Source of the DNA: Balanoglossus misakiensis
Taxonomy: Eukaryota > Animalia > Hemichordata
Length of the DNA stretch: 64,000 bases
Assembly: GCA_040954595.2 (NCBI GenBank)
Contig: CM082577.2
Coordinates: 6,374,301 to 6,438,300 of the forward strand
Direction of reading: 5' to 3'
A model generated the notes under the pieces. That model saw only the letters and a program-made list of their open reading frames with translations, ran no database searches and was not told the origin of the DNA. Made by a program: the position numbers and the translations under genes. Positions 38,101 to 51,573 of this stretch are shown piece by piece. The stretch's first letter is position 1. Each line of letters begins with the position of its first letter.

Positions 38101-41100
38101 TTCCAATTATATTCATCTGCACTGCAAATTCTGTGGAACAGAATGTTTGCTGTCGTTTAATGAGAGCGTCAAGTGATCAGTCAGCAGTTCAAGCCTTTGA
38201 AGAGATTGTATATCTTTGCATCTCAATCATTGGTGGGATGGTGAGGTCAAAGGTCAACATGGAAATACTGGCCAAACACAACAGGATGGCTGGGTTTAAT
38301 TTCTGAAATGTAAAGATCAGAACATTCCAGCTTCACTTGTAGTGAATGCAGTTAATATTGCAATTTTTAATAGCACAGCAAATTTGTTGAGATCATAGTG
38401 TTTAAATTGATAATGGTTGTAAATTTTTGCTGCTGCTTGGGTGTTAAGTCGATGATTGATGTATTACCCCCCCCCCCCCCCCTAGCATTAATGTGTGGCT
38501 GCAGGCAATATGTTATCAAAATATCAAGTTAGCCTTTTCAGCCTGGCATGACCTATAGTGTACAAATGAGAGCTAGACTCCGTCTTATCAAGTGTTCCCT
38601 TTGGTACTATAAATTCCACAGGGGTGCAATCGGTCAAGAGGTTCAGCGCTAGGACAATTCAAACGATGACTGTCAGGCTTCAAAGGCCATGACACATGGG
38701 ATTATTCATTGATGAAAGATTGACTGAAAATGTCGAGTTATCAAATCATGTGACCAAGCTAATCTGATCATTGTGAAGGAGGGGGGGGGGGGAGAAATAT
38801 GTCCTTGATGAAAAACGAAACTCGCTGTTAACTCAGGCTTATACATGTCCCTCTTACGTTGTACTGTAGATAACAAAGAAAGAGAAAGTAGCATACACAG
38901 TTTACTTGACCCACTTGGAAGTTAATTCTGACTTGGCAGTTAAACAAGAAAGCAGATCTCAATCTTCTCCATTTTAATATCAAACTTCCATGATTGCTGT
39001 CAAGGCAGTTGGACAATAATTCATTGATACTTAATATAATTAATATTTAATAAGTTTCATTTTAAATTCATGTGTTTTGCAGTACAGTTTAATCTCTTCC
39101 ATATTTGTGTCTATTTTAGACATGTTGAAAAATCTTTTGTGATTTCGACACATTTTCTGCTCCCACCTCAAAAACACTTAGACGAACTGTTGGCCATACT
39201 GTGTAGGCGTTAATTTATGGCCCGAGGCCTTTTGCAAAAGTGTGATCAGATTTTATCAGAAGCAAACACGATACTGACTCAGAACCATGGCTTTGTTCTC
39301 TAGGGTGGGTTACAGTCCCTACCTCAGCCCTTTTGTTAGGGATGTTTGTATTAATAAAAGTCCACAGTGTTTTTTGTGTGTCCAGGCAAGTGTACAAGTG
39401 CCTGTGATAATTATCAGCAAACAAGTAAACGCCTTCAACATGTTTGCTGAACTGAACAGTAAAAAAAACTTCAGCTGCAATGTACCATGATTTTGACCAA
39501 AAATGGGTGTGGGCACGTTATAGAATGTATCTATCATGATCAGCTGTGATACGACAGTCTCTTAGAATAGTTAAAATGCCAAACGACCAGAATAAAGGTA
39601 AAATATGTCAATTATTTATTTTTGCTGTCAGTATCTCGCAGACCTACGTGCACGCAACTACAGTGTACCAGGTAAATCTGCGATAAAATGCAGATACAAT
39701 ACCGCACGGTCATTCCGTGCTGATTGTAAATACAGGTAAATGTACTGACCTGTGACATTGTAAAATAACCACTCAGCTAGGCACTACCTGAAGTCAATCA
39801 GCAGAACCCCTAAGCAAGGGGTAATAAAGTAATGATTTTCTTGATGTTTACAGTGGCTGATTAAAACCTCATTTGGGCATTTAGCAGTAGAGTGTCTGAG
39901 ATGAATGTGCTGGGAGGGGTCATATGTGGTCACCGTAGGCAATTAATAACAGACAGATAGATTAAGTGTTTGGAGTGTATAATTTGATCCTACTAATTTG
40001 TCTCAGTAAACCATCTGGATCAAACTTGTTGCACTTTTACATTGGAAAATTCTGCAAATGAATGTGATAAAAATGTGTTTCCATCCGTTTGGACAGAATT
40101 GCTTCGTTGGCATTTTTTGGGTGATCTAAATATTGTCAAATTGGCCATTCAACACCTGCAATTTACTTGGTTAATATTACATCTGTATGCAATTTGTCAT
40201 ATTATATTGCTAGATTTGTTTAAAATGTTTGTATATTATGTGAAATGATAGTGAAATATAGCAGTTACATGAACCGGTATTTGATCAAAATTGACCTGGT
40301 TGATTTTTTATGTATTTACACAGATCTGAAGCAAAGACCTAGTTTCCTCAAAATGTAATTCATCCCAATTTATTTTTATCCACATCGGGTATTATTTTTA
40401 GCCTTGTGTACGTGCCATGCTGTGTAAACTGGTAGCACAACTAGGACATACTGGTACCACACAAGCCATTTTAATGCCTGAAAACATGAACTCTAATTTT
40501 CTGGGTCAAAATAATGTGTCGAGTATTGTAATTTTGAAATGTGCAGTTGCTAAATGAAATACCAGTGTAATTATGGAAAATCTTATTGGCATTCCTTCAT
40601 TGGCCAAACATGACAGAAATTGTCTGCACTGGTATTCATGAGATAGATATGAAATACTTCCTTTACAAAGGTGGCCTGTCTGTGTACACCTGACCTTTTC
40701 CTGCTAACACCTTCATGTAGTCAGGCAACTGCTGCAGTGTGTATGTACTCTGCATTATACATGCCTGCATCACCCACTGTATATACACACCCAGCAATCC
40801 AGGAAATTCAACTCATCCATCAACTGGATGGTTTTATGACACACAGTTTAATGCACAGCCTCTTGAAATATAAATAAATCATTTTGCAACCTGTAAGGTT
40901 AAAGTTTCTTAGAATATCTGTATGGGCTCAAGCTACGTTAAATTTTGTAATGGACAGATAGCAGTGGAAAAAAATGCAGGTGTGCGTTTGTAAATCCTGA
41001 TATAATTAGAAAGCTGTATAAAAATTAACATAAATATTGCTATGATGTATTGTAGGGCTATTATTAGACTTAAAATCAATAGCTGTTTTGTTATGTACAT

Positions 41101-42655
41101 GGTCTCTTAGTAAGTTTGCATTGTATTTTTAAAAAGAGTTTTTCAAATGAACCTTTATTACAAGAAATACTGGTTGATTTATGTGTACGAGTGAAAATGT
41201 CAGTTCATTCTGTGAAAGCCTTTGAAATGATAGATTATATGCAGTATAAAGAGATGAAAAGAACTGTTTGGTGAATTGATAGTTGAGTTGCAGATTATTG
41301 TTGTTGTAGTATTTAAATGTCAACAGAAAATTTTGTTTCAGGAATTGTGCTTGTCACCCTGGTATCTGACAGACCAGTATATGGAATTACTGTCTAAAAT
41401 ATATTGCAACCGAGATTGCGATCGTGATTAAAAATATAACCAAGAATGTATTTCTTGTTGGTTTTGCAGGGGCGACCCGGACAAATGTGATCTCCAGGGC
41501 AACACTCCGTTGCACTTTTCCTCCAATAATGGACACCTCAACTGCGTCACATTCCTGGTGTCCTTCGGCTGCAACATCTGGGCGCTTGACAACGACCACC
41601 GCACCGCCCTGGACGTGGCCGCCATGAGACAGCGAATGGACATCGTCAACTTCCTGGACGGCGTCGCCGGGAAGCAGGCCTCCCTCAACCGGAAGGTGGT
41701 GAAGAAGTTGAAGGAGAGGGCCGTCTTGGAAGCGGACAACCGCATCAAGAAGTACGACAAGATGACCACGAAGCAAGAGAAGCGCATGGAGAAGGAGCAG
41801 AAGAAGCAAAACAAGCAGGACGGCCACTACGCCAAGAATGCCAAAAACGACGTCTCCTACAAGCACATGACTGCCAACACGTCGTACATCGACAGACGCA
41901 TCGAGAAGAAGAAGCAGATGCACAGCACCTTCAGCGGGTTCACGCAACCCGCGTCCAGCGAGAACCAGAGATCGATCAGCTCCACGGCCAACGTCATGAT
42001 GGTGTCGGGCGACCTTCCCAGCTCGGGTGCCAGGGCCCCGCTCTCCAACGACCTGTTCTCAGGACGTGCAATCAAGGCCGGCAACAGCGAGCCCGCCCTC
42101 AATAACGATTCGGGCTTCGACAGCTACGGCGACGACACGGATCGAGAGGGGCCGGGTCTGCTGGACAGGCCGGGGTTCGGAAACCTGATGTTCCTGCCCA
42201 AGGGGAATCCCAGCGCCATGATGTCGTTGCCCGACAACGAAGACGACGAGGGAAAACCGACGCACCGGGACGCGGATCCCGAAGACACCTTGGACGACGC
42301 CGTGAACATTGAACACCAGAGCAACATGGGCCTTCACAAAGCCAGGCGCGGGGTAGGCAGGAGCAGCGCGGGAGCTGATCTCCCCTGGGACGAGGATGAC
42401 ATTGACCTGGACGACGACGATGACGACAGCCTCAGCTCCCCGTTGGAACTCTTCCTGGCAGCGCATGTTTTGACCGACTACCTACCGCTGTTTACGCACG
42501 AACAGATTGATCTGGACGCTCTTATGCTGTGCAGCGACAACGACTTGAAGAGCGTGGGCCTACCACTGGGGCCGCGCCGCAAAGTACTCGAAGCGATTGC
42601 TCGCAGGAAGGCTGTCCTCAACGAACCTGGACCAATTACTGACACAGTACTGTAA
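32129..42655 (+). CDS. USH1G: Ankyrin repeat and SAM domain protein, USH1G (SANS)/ANKS4B (HARP) family, 2 coding exons, ~449 aa
   Basis: Exon 1 32129-32292 ([36 protein letters not shown]...RLIVSRG). Exon 2 41470-42655 ([15 protein letters not shown]...[43 protein letters not shown] domain [29 protein letters not shown]-terminal PDZ-binding DTVL). Probably co-orthologous to vertebrate USH1G and ANKS4B. Confidence 0.93.
33062..33448. mobile_element. Non-autonomous TIR DNA transposon (hAT- or P-like)
   Basis: TIRs CAGTGTACGAAAT / ATTTCGAACACTG, flanking duplication ATATTAG (33055-33061, 33449-33455), and repeated subterminal gactgg/ccagtc motifs. Confidence 0.7.
37010..37100 (-). repeat. (TCTG)n(TATG)n microsatellite, remnant of a HINE-like 3' end
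   Basis: The reverse complement reads (CATA)n...caactaatcccataag, matching (CATA)n...caactgatcccataag at ~28510-28543. Confidence 0.65.
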
Positions 42656-45600
42656 AAATTACTAATCCAACTCAGTTATGTGTTTTAACATACTTCATAT
42701 ACCACATGTTGATTTTTTCTCATGAAAATTGCGAAGACAATGCTGCCCATGCAAGGAGAATGAAATGATGTCATTCATTTTGATTGGCAGAGCAAGTTTT
42801 GATGAAATTGAATAGACTTTTATTTTTATTTTTTTTGAAGACAGATATGTATACTTTATATCTTGGAAGTACATATGTGTTGTTCAGTATACTTCCAAGA
42901 ACAATTTGTGATGTTAGCAAAGCAGTAGAATCACTTTTAACAAATGTGACGATATGTTTCATTCTTCAAGTATTATACCCTTTCAAAGCCATAGTCAACT
43001 TGTCGTCGTCTTTTAAAGAATTAAAAGGGGGTTACATGAGGCCCATAGTATAACCAATAACTTCCTTCCAGATAGATTCTCACACAAGTCTTACAGTTTG
43101 CATTTGCTGTCACGCTTATTGCTATAACCACAACATTTACAGTCAAAATGCATGTAGTTTGTTTCTGTGGGTGCAAGACCAAAATTATTTACAGATACAT
43201 TGAATGTTGAGCCTTGCAAAATCATCTTGTTTTGACATCTGGATATTTGTAGCTAATGTGCTCATTGAAGAGTATAACCTAAGGAATCTCGTTGTTTCTG
43301 AAGTTTAAGTTCAGGTCATTGAACATTGTAATTATACTTCATCAGTTTCTTGGGTTGCTTTTTGTTTCATGTGTTTTAAAATGTGGCCTGTGAAGGTTCC
43401 CTTGACCCCTTGAAATGAAATGGAGTATTGTATACACAATAGAATAGTCCAGGTTGGGTTGTCATTGTGTTGCAGACTATAAATTGTGTTTCATAGGAAT
43501 ACAGGTACTGACTGGCAATCATGTTGTAGGTGTTGAAACAGTTCTGTCTTTCTGAGGTCATTCATCACACATAAAGTGTGTACTATTGAATCACCACATC
43601 ATGTAGTGATGTCATCAAAGTGTGTGGTGACTGAGGATGCATTTGTGATTTTGTCAAGCTATTGTACAAAGAGTACACTTCGCTGTTCATCAGCAGCCTA
43701 GCACGTGCAACTCTGTCCTATTTGCAGTACTATATACACCTTCATGAAGGTGCATAATCGTGCAGCCGTCCTGTCCGAGCGTTCAGAACGTGATTACTTC
43801 CAGTCCCTGACTTTGCTATGGTGAATGCAATAGCTTGTGAAAATATAGTTGAGGTGATCCACACCCCACAGTGTGTGTTCTGTCCATGTCTGTTTCTGTG
43901 GAATTAGTAACGAACAAACAAATGCATTGTAGCTTGCATGTAAGTCCAAGATGTAAATCTTCCCTGAAAGAGGAATTGAATTTTTTTATTCGAAAATACT
44001 GGCAAATTAGTCAGATAACTCGGGAACCACACTGAATATTCTAATTTGGCGGAAGTCAAAGCTGGCCTGGATATGTGTACATGACCTTTCTTCAAGACAT
44101 AAAGTATGCGGTAACAAAAGAGAGACTTCATGTTTCTGATAGCCCTTGCAATGTTACCAAGATCGAACCCTACAGTGTTGCACACACAGTGGGACAATAA
44201 GCCAGACTGGGCCAATACCACATCACTCAACTAATTCTGTGTCCCAACAAAGAAATGACTGATTTATGATGCATGGCGAATGATACTATTGTGTGGAAAA
44301 GGGGATTTTCAGAGCATGTGTCATGACCCTGTGACCTGCCATGGTCTTTTTTTGCCTTTATGGCACATTTCCTCTTTTGGCTAGCAACCAATTGAGGTAC
44401 CGCATAATTTACACGTCTCTTGACCTCCTGTTAAATCTTCGTAACATTTTAAATATTAGGTTTATAATAATAAATACAGGAACAGTGTATTAGCTGATAT
44501 CAATCAATATTATTAATGTACAATGTAGTAAGTATGAAGTGTACTGTGAACAGTAAATCTACCTGACGTGGCTGTAACTGCTTCGAACATCCCAGAAGAA
44601 ATTTACAAATAAGAGTATTTTTCAGTGTTCATTCATTTGGTCAAAAAAGGACAAATGGGGCCAGTTTTAATGTGAGGTTTGAAGGGAAATTTACTGTGCT
44701 TTTCTTTTTTAAAAAAATTGAATAATTCAGTCCGCTGTTAGGAACAGTAGTGGTTAGTGTTTCTGATTGTGATTCTGGGAGGGGCAACAGTTGTAGCCTA
44801 GCACTCCTACCAGTAGAAGTATAGTGCAAACTCTAGCAGCTCTTCCTACTAAAATCACTTATATAGCAAATACCTATGCATGTAAGGTTGTAAGAATTGT
44901 GTAGAGTAATATTCCTTGCATACTATTCTACTTTGTGTGTTATTTTTTTCCATGTACACTTTGCTTTTTAACCTGATGTACATCTGTCAAGAATATTTTT
45001 CGATGTTTATCTGTGTTAATCCTTCTTTATCAGAACCGGTTATTACAAAAACCACAGTGCCTTCTATAAATCCCTATAATATGGCGTACCACATGTACAT
45101 GAATTCTCTGAGGAACGTTCACACACATTGTCTATTGACTGCAAAATCTGGGTTTATCTGGGATTTAGTAGATAGCATACTGGACCAGTGGTCATGTACA
45201 TGGTGGTCTAGTAAAGGGATGCTGACGCCTTTTCAAAATTAGTCACAGTTACCATGGTAATTTGAGATCTAGCCAGATCTGGTCAATCACAGATTTTCAC
45301 TGGGAAACAATAGTGTGTCACCACTAACTGTAATTAGAAGACATATACACAAATCATGTACATGTATAGGCATATGTAAATTAGAGAGGTGACTGGGTTC
45401 CTTTAATTAAAGGGGTTTAGCATAGTGTCCTACGCAGGAATTATAAAATATTCTCGGCCAGTACTCTATCATTAAAACAACATGTGCGTGTGTGTGTGGG
45501 TGGCGCAGTACAAAGTCCAGACCCATTTTTGACCATTTTTTCACCTAAAAAACTACGCCCCATTATAAAGCAAATCATTGACACACACAGCGTACTGTTG

Positions 45601-45969
45601 ACCAATGAAATAAATGTAGTGACCTCTTTCAGACCTTGACTGGATGGATGAATCTCGCGTACCCCATTTTAGACTAAATTGCTGAAACTCTACAAGAGAG
45701 GCATTGGTAAACACAGGAAGCACACACATCCAAGAGTAGTACCCCCCCCCCCCACCTTATCCCACCCCACCCCATGGGAGTGAAATAGTTATAAGTTGAA
45801 GTGTAGTGTTCACTCACAGCACTGCCAGCAGAATGTGTGAAGTGTCACGCAATCTGTGTAGTGTCATGTGCTGTATAGAGTCACGCACCAACACGTTTTT
45901 TTCTCAGCATGACACTGCATACCTTGTGCAGTCATCCGCAATCAATCCCACAGCATGTAGCTAACAATG

Positions 45970-46094
45970 TAAACTGAAACCTGTCTAATCCAGAAACCTG
46001 TCTATTCTGAACACCATTTCATTTGTATTTTATAATCAAACCACTCTGTACACTGAACAGATTTTACAGTTCCTTTTAGACAGGTTTCACTGTA
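45970..46094. mobile_element. Tc1/mariner-like MITE remnant
   Basis: tgaaacctgtctaa ... ttagacaggtttcactg-TA inverted ends; same family as the 17287 fragment. Confidence 0.5.
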
Positions 46095-49000
46095 CTGTCG
46101 TGTTCTGTTAAAATCCAGATGTGATTTCAATAGTTTATATATGCACAAATTAAGTTTGAGAATTTCTTCCTGAATTACAATTTGTCATTTATCTTTTGAA
46201 GTTCTCCATGTAAGTTACTCTATATACCCATATAACATACTCAGAACTTGTGTCATTTTTTTTCCATGAATTCTAACTCCTGAAAATAACATTTTAGTGC
46301 AAATATTTACGACACAACAAGTAACTAAAACTCAATGGACATTTTGTTGGCATGCTAATGTCAACACTACGCATTGCCTGTACAATATTTCAGTTTGTTG
46401 TTGATTTGTTCAAATCGATAACAGTTGGATCGTTGAAGATTATAATGTCTTCTGACATCACTTGATATAATGGTCACTGATTTTATGCATAACTGTACAA
46501 AGATAAAATAGCTTTATCATTCCAAAAATAATCAGCATTACAAAATATTAATTTGACCATTTTCTTGTTTTCCCGACCTGTAGTGCCTTCTGTGTGTGAT
46601 TGAAAGTTATGGCGGGATATAAGTTATGTGGTACTGTAGCTCATGTGAAAGGAGTCCATATACTGGTATTTCACAAACCATATTACTGAATTTCACAAGA
46701 TATATTACTATAATTTCACAAACTATATAGTACAGCCATTTTAAAACCTGTATCTACAGTTAATCTAATTCACTATGACGCAAACATATATGCACGTTTC
46801 GATTCAGAAGTGAGCCACAGTGAGATCTCTTGAAGGTGGTTGCAGATATATTACAACTGCCATTTTTTTATTTGAACCCCTAACCCACAATATGAAATCG
46901 GACATTACATATTTATCGATGATGAAAGTTTAACCATTTTAAGTAAGTGAATTAGCACAGATAGCAATATACAGGGCAGAAGAAAAAAAAACTTCTTGAG
47001 TGTACAGTACTGTTCAACCCTCCCCCTGTTTTAATGGAACAGTCCTATTGTTTTCAACAGGTGGGTTATACCATCGTACAGAAACAGGGGGTATACAGAT
47101 GGAATTTTTATGATTGGACAATTTTTTTTTTGAGATTTTAAATGTATATATTGGGAAGAAAGCAAATTTTCTTTTAATTTTAGGAGATTTATCCAGCAAT
47201 ATTAGAGTATGGTGATGGGAGTCGGTAAAGTTTGATGTAGCCCTCAATATAGAGAATTATAGATATATAGATGTGTTTCATTTTATCAAATATTTATGCA
47301 AGATGAATTTTATAAAATAAATGAAAATGAGATGAGGCTGGTTGTTTGCCTATATGCATTGAGTGAGGAATTGAGAATAAATTTCTGATTGTAATGAAGG
47401 TTGTGTTCTTCGTCTGTGTATTGTGTGGGTGGGTTATTTTGGATGACTGTCTGTGAGAGTGTGGATGCATGGTCCACTCAGCTTTGCACAAACTCTAGAG
47501 AGGATCACAAAGATAATGTAGAACCACAGACGAAGTAAACATAGTTTCTCTTTGTAGAACAACTAATGGTGAGAATACACACTGTGAATTGGTCTGATAT
47601 ATGGGGCACATTCGCTAGGTTTTAAATTCACAAACTTTATCGCCAGTGCTAAACAAATCCAAGATAACATCTTGGATATATTTGTATCTAGGACACCAAA
47701 AATATGTATCATTTCTCGTTTGAATGCTTAGTAAATATTATGTGATTTATTATGTAGTTTCTGTGACTGAAATTGCAAAGTCATTGTTAACTTAAAATAT
47801 AAACCTCGTAACTCATTGTAAAATATTACTAAGTTGACATTTTGCCTTTTCTGTATAGTAATAAGGACTACGTAGAACAGGCTAGGCTGTCAATATATTT
47901 CAGTGTACTGCTACTTTGTGTTACTGTTGATACAGCGTCATTGCAATCAGTAAAGGAGCTCTCTGCCATTGAAACCACTCTGAAAAACAAACTTAACGCA
48001 ACCACTGGACCCTTGTCTGCCTTGATCAGCAGGTCAAAGGTCGTCACAGTAGCTCAAGTGGTGACATGTGTTATAGAGATGACAAAATTATCTTTCCCAT
48101 AGATTAGATTGAGTGACTGTCTGTCAGTCAATTTTGTGGTGTTAGATTGGGGCGTTCACTGACTGTATCACAGATTAGTATGATACATGCACATGGATTG
48201 GATAATTTTGTTTTCAAATTTGATTATATCAGGTAACTATTTTGTTTTTCGTTTGGGAGACTTTGGGCGATTGAGGAATAATGTCTACCTCAGTGCTACT
48301 TCGTCGTATTTCATTTAAAGTGTGGTGGGTCTTTGCTAATCCCTACATTGGTAGATGCTTTTCCTTTGAATACAAATTGAAGTCAAATCAAACAGGCCAT
48401 GCCAGAACATGCATAGCCAAAACTCGTTCGCCGAAGAGCGCCGCCAGTGTTGAAACTACCGTGTTCTTTTCGTTGGGATTTTGAAAGCTCTTTTCAAATA
48501 CTTCACCAATGCATGCAGCATGTTGTGTGATAAATAACAAGTTATTGAGACACAACAAATTTGAAAATTTTGTTTAAAAAAACTCCATTTATTTCCTGTA
48601 TGTATACACTTGCATAAAAATCACCAAGCCCAGATGAAACATGAAAACCAACATCTCGATGAAGATCACCCCTCTTCAATAAAGATAAACTTCACAGGAC
48701 AGCTTGTAACTGAATCTTTCTAGAAGTTTTTTGTACAATCTTTCACACATTTTAGAACTTGAACTGAATCTGCAACACTCAAATGTACAAAAGGGTGTTT
48801 TGACATTCTAATGAAATATAAATGATAAAATCAATCAGCAAAAACTGCTCTTTCCGGCAACATTAGCAATAACACGATACTGGAAAACTCAGACACAATA
48901 AAATAATGATGTGGTTTCTGGGGTCAACTGAAGAAATGACGAACAAGTACTCCATGATGAACAAGATCTGCATCATACACATCTTTCAGTTGTTCCTGAA

Positions 49001-49102
49001 TATCAAATGACAAAATATTACAGCACAGGAGTCATCCATTTGGAAAAAAAATATGGTCAACTGAAATGTACAACACAAGCAAGAGAAGCTGTGAGTGTGA
49101 CA

Positions 49103-49947
49103 TCATCTCTTCTTGAATCCGTATTTCTTTCTCTCGTAGAACAGATCTGTTTTGGCGCTGCCAAGATTGACGATCTTCGGGCATCCGTCTCTCTGCAGGG
49201 AGATAAAACGATGTACATTTGTTATTTGCATGGCACCAGTGGCACTGGAATGATGACTTGTGTTGGTTGCATGGCAAACCATTTTGAAGCAACAGCTGAA
49301 ATGTGTCTTTTGGTTCAAAGGTGCATAATTTCACAAGTGGTGAAAAGATTCAGACTGTCGTGTGACACCACTTCTGAAACCGCCTGGCTGTGTAGTTCAG
49401 TACTTACGTCTTTCTCTTGTATTGTGCATTCTTTACAATAGTAAGCATCTGATACGCCGGGTCCACCACAGATGACACATCTTCCTTGGTACGATCCGTA
49501 GTTGCATTCGTCACAAATTCTGACCAGGGTACACGGGCGTACATACGAGTCGCATATCACGCACTTTCCATCACACTTCTCACACAATCTGCCAATGGCT
49601 GAAACGAAGAAGTAAAACACTTAGACATAATAGAGTTGACAGTGATCATGCCATCACGGAAGGCCACAGTGGAAACTGAGAAGCTGTATAAGTCTATAGT
49701 ACAGTGACACTACAGTAGAGTACAACTGCGAAGGGTTCGAGTGTTTCCAGTACAATGGAGCACGGTCACTCCACCACATGGAGCTACCTAACGTTTCAGG
49801 ACATTTGCGTCGGTATCGTACTAACGGTATGGTTACGCCGAAATTGTGACTGCATCCATGACGATTAAACGCGCTCACATTTCAGCTATACTCACCGACG
49901 CCGGGTTGTTTGCGACAAAAGATCAAATCCGGATGATGCTTCGCCAT
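49103..49947 (-). CDS. PHF5A: PHD finger-like domain protein 5A (SF3b subunit), 3 coding exons, 110 aa
   Basis: Exons 49947-49896, 49598-49408, 49192-49103 give [110 protein letters not shown]. Confidence 0.98.
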
Positions 49948-50406
49948 TTTGAAAAACGTGCCCGCAACGTTACATCGCCCTCAACGGATGCTTCACCCTC
50001 CGTGACCTTTGACCCAGCCTTTCATCTTGTTGTAAAAATGGAGGAAGCACACGCATACGCACGGCAGACAACATTGTCGACAAGTGAACACTTGACAATT
50101 GTTGGTTTGTATCTATTCTGAAATCCGTTCCTGTTGAGTTCGAAAGACCACTTTTGACAGAAATTCAACTCTGTCAAGTTAACTTCTGCGCACAGGTCTG
50201 TGTACGCGTGTCCCTAGCTGCAGTTCAGTAGCTCGAGATGTTTTTGTCGTTCACCTCGAGCAACTGAACTTGCAGCTATATTCCAGCGCTGATAAGTGTT
50301 GTACAGTATTTCTTTGTCAGTTGAACTCATTTTCCACCCATTTATGTTTTGTGTTTAAAAAACACAGCGAAATTTCGTATGTGTTATGGACGAACCGAAG
50401 GTCGAC

Positions 50407-50482
50407 TAGTCTCAGTTACCCAGACCCCCCTGCTTCTTCCGGCCCAACGGAAGAAGCAGGGGGGTCTGGGTAACCGAGACTA
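50407..50482. mobile_element. 76-bp palindromic MITE with 9-bp TSD (AcademH-like TAG...CTA termini)
   Basis: TAGTCTCAGTTACCCAGACCCCCCTGCTTCTTCCG-gcccaa-CGGAAGAAGCAGGGGGGTCTGGGTAACCGAGACTA, flanked by AAGGTCGAC (50398-50406, 50483-50491). Confidence 0.88.
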
Positions 50483-51573
50483 AAGGTCGACTTGCATGTA
50501 CCACGGTTACTAGAAGAAGACGGTTAGGAAACTCTATCGTTCGGAAGGTGTGAACGAGGTGTTAGCGAGGATAGTACATGTCCAAACCACTACGCGCGTT
50601 GATGACGTCACAGCTTGGGTTTGTGGCGTGGGTACGCTCTGGTGTGTTCCTGCACATTCCAGAGATTGCAGCCAAGAGAAGTGGATTTTATCGCTTGAAC
50701 AGATCGTACTGTTGGGTGAACGTCTTTTCTATTCTAAGGTGGGTATTTCATACAGATTCTTCCAGTTCTGAGGTCAAATTCTTGATTGTGTTTTATGATG
50801 TCTAAATCATAAGAGCCTGATGGCGACTTTGGATGACCTAGCTAATTTTTGAACCCCTTCAACTGCCCTTTTTCGTCAAGAGTACATAGTCATTTTTTTT
50901 AAGAGTTCCATATATGCTTACGGAGTGCACGTTCATAGTCTGTTCGGGTTCGGGCACTCTGTAACCGCGATATCACTGCCTGTTCCGAGTGTTCCAATAT
51001 TTCATTTTCTATCAACGTTTCTTGGGCTGGTTAACTATAAGTCCGTCACCGAAAAAAAATTTCGTCTGATTACTACTCTATCAGTTACCATATGGTAGAC
51101 TGTTATCTTTCGGCTTGGAAATTTACATTTTATATGGTTTAGTGGAAGCAAACGCACCAAACGCCGTGAATTAAAATAGTGGTCGTGAAAAGGACATTAT
51201 TCCAAGATTCAAAATGGCGTCGAATTTTGAACCCCTAGAATTCAACTCTGATGGTCGCATTTCTGTTATTTTTTAATATATTTATATATTTTACTCCTTT
51301 TTGTAGTGCTTGGGCTATTTCGTTAATTCCATGTGGCATATTTCGTCGAGATTTCATACGCATTTCGATAACCGTAGTAACATTGATGTATGGCGGCCAT
51401 CTTGTTTGTTTTGGTTCGCATCGAATCTCTAGGGCTTGATTCAAGACAAATATTGTATGGCTTCACCACGTCCTTGAAAGTTCAAAATTGTCATAAATGT
51501 GTTGTGACATCAAACTTTATCTAGTTTCTGTTCTGTTTTCCTCTAGGATAGTCTTTGCAACCAACGAGTAAGC

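Noticed and set aside
41387-42466. Antisense ORFs of 128-186 aa
   Set aside because: Shadows of the GC3-rich USH1G-family exon.
49193-49407. Hairpin in PHF5A intron 2 as a possible snoRNA
   Set aside because: One imperfect stem only; no correctly placed C/D or H/ACA boxes.
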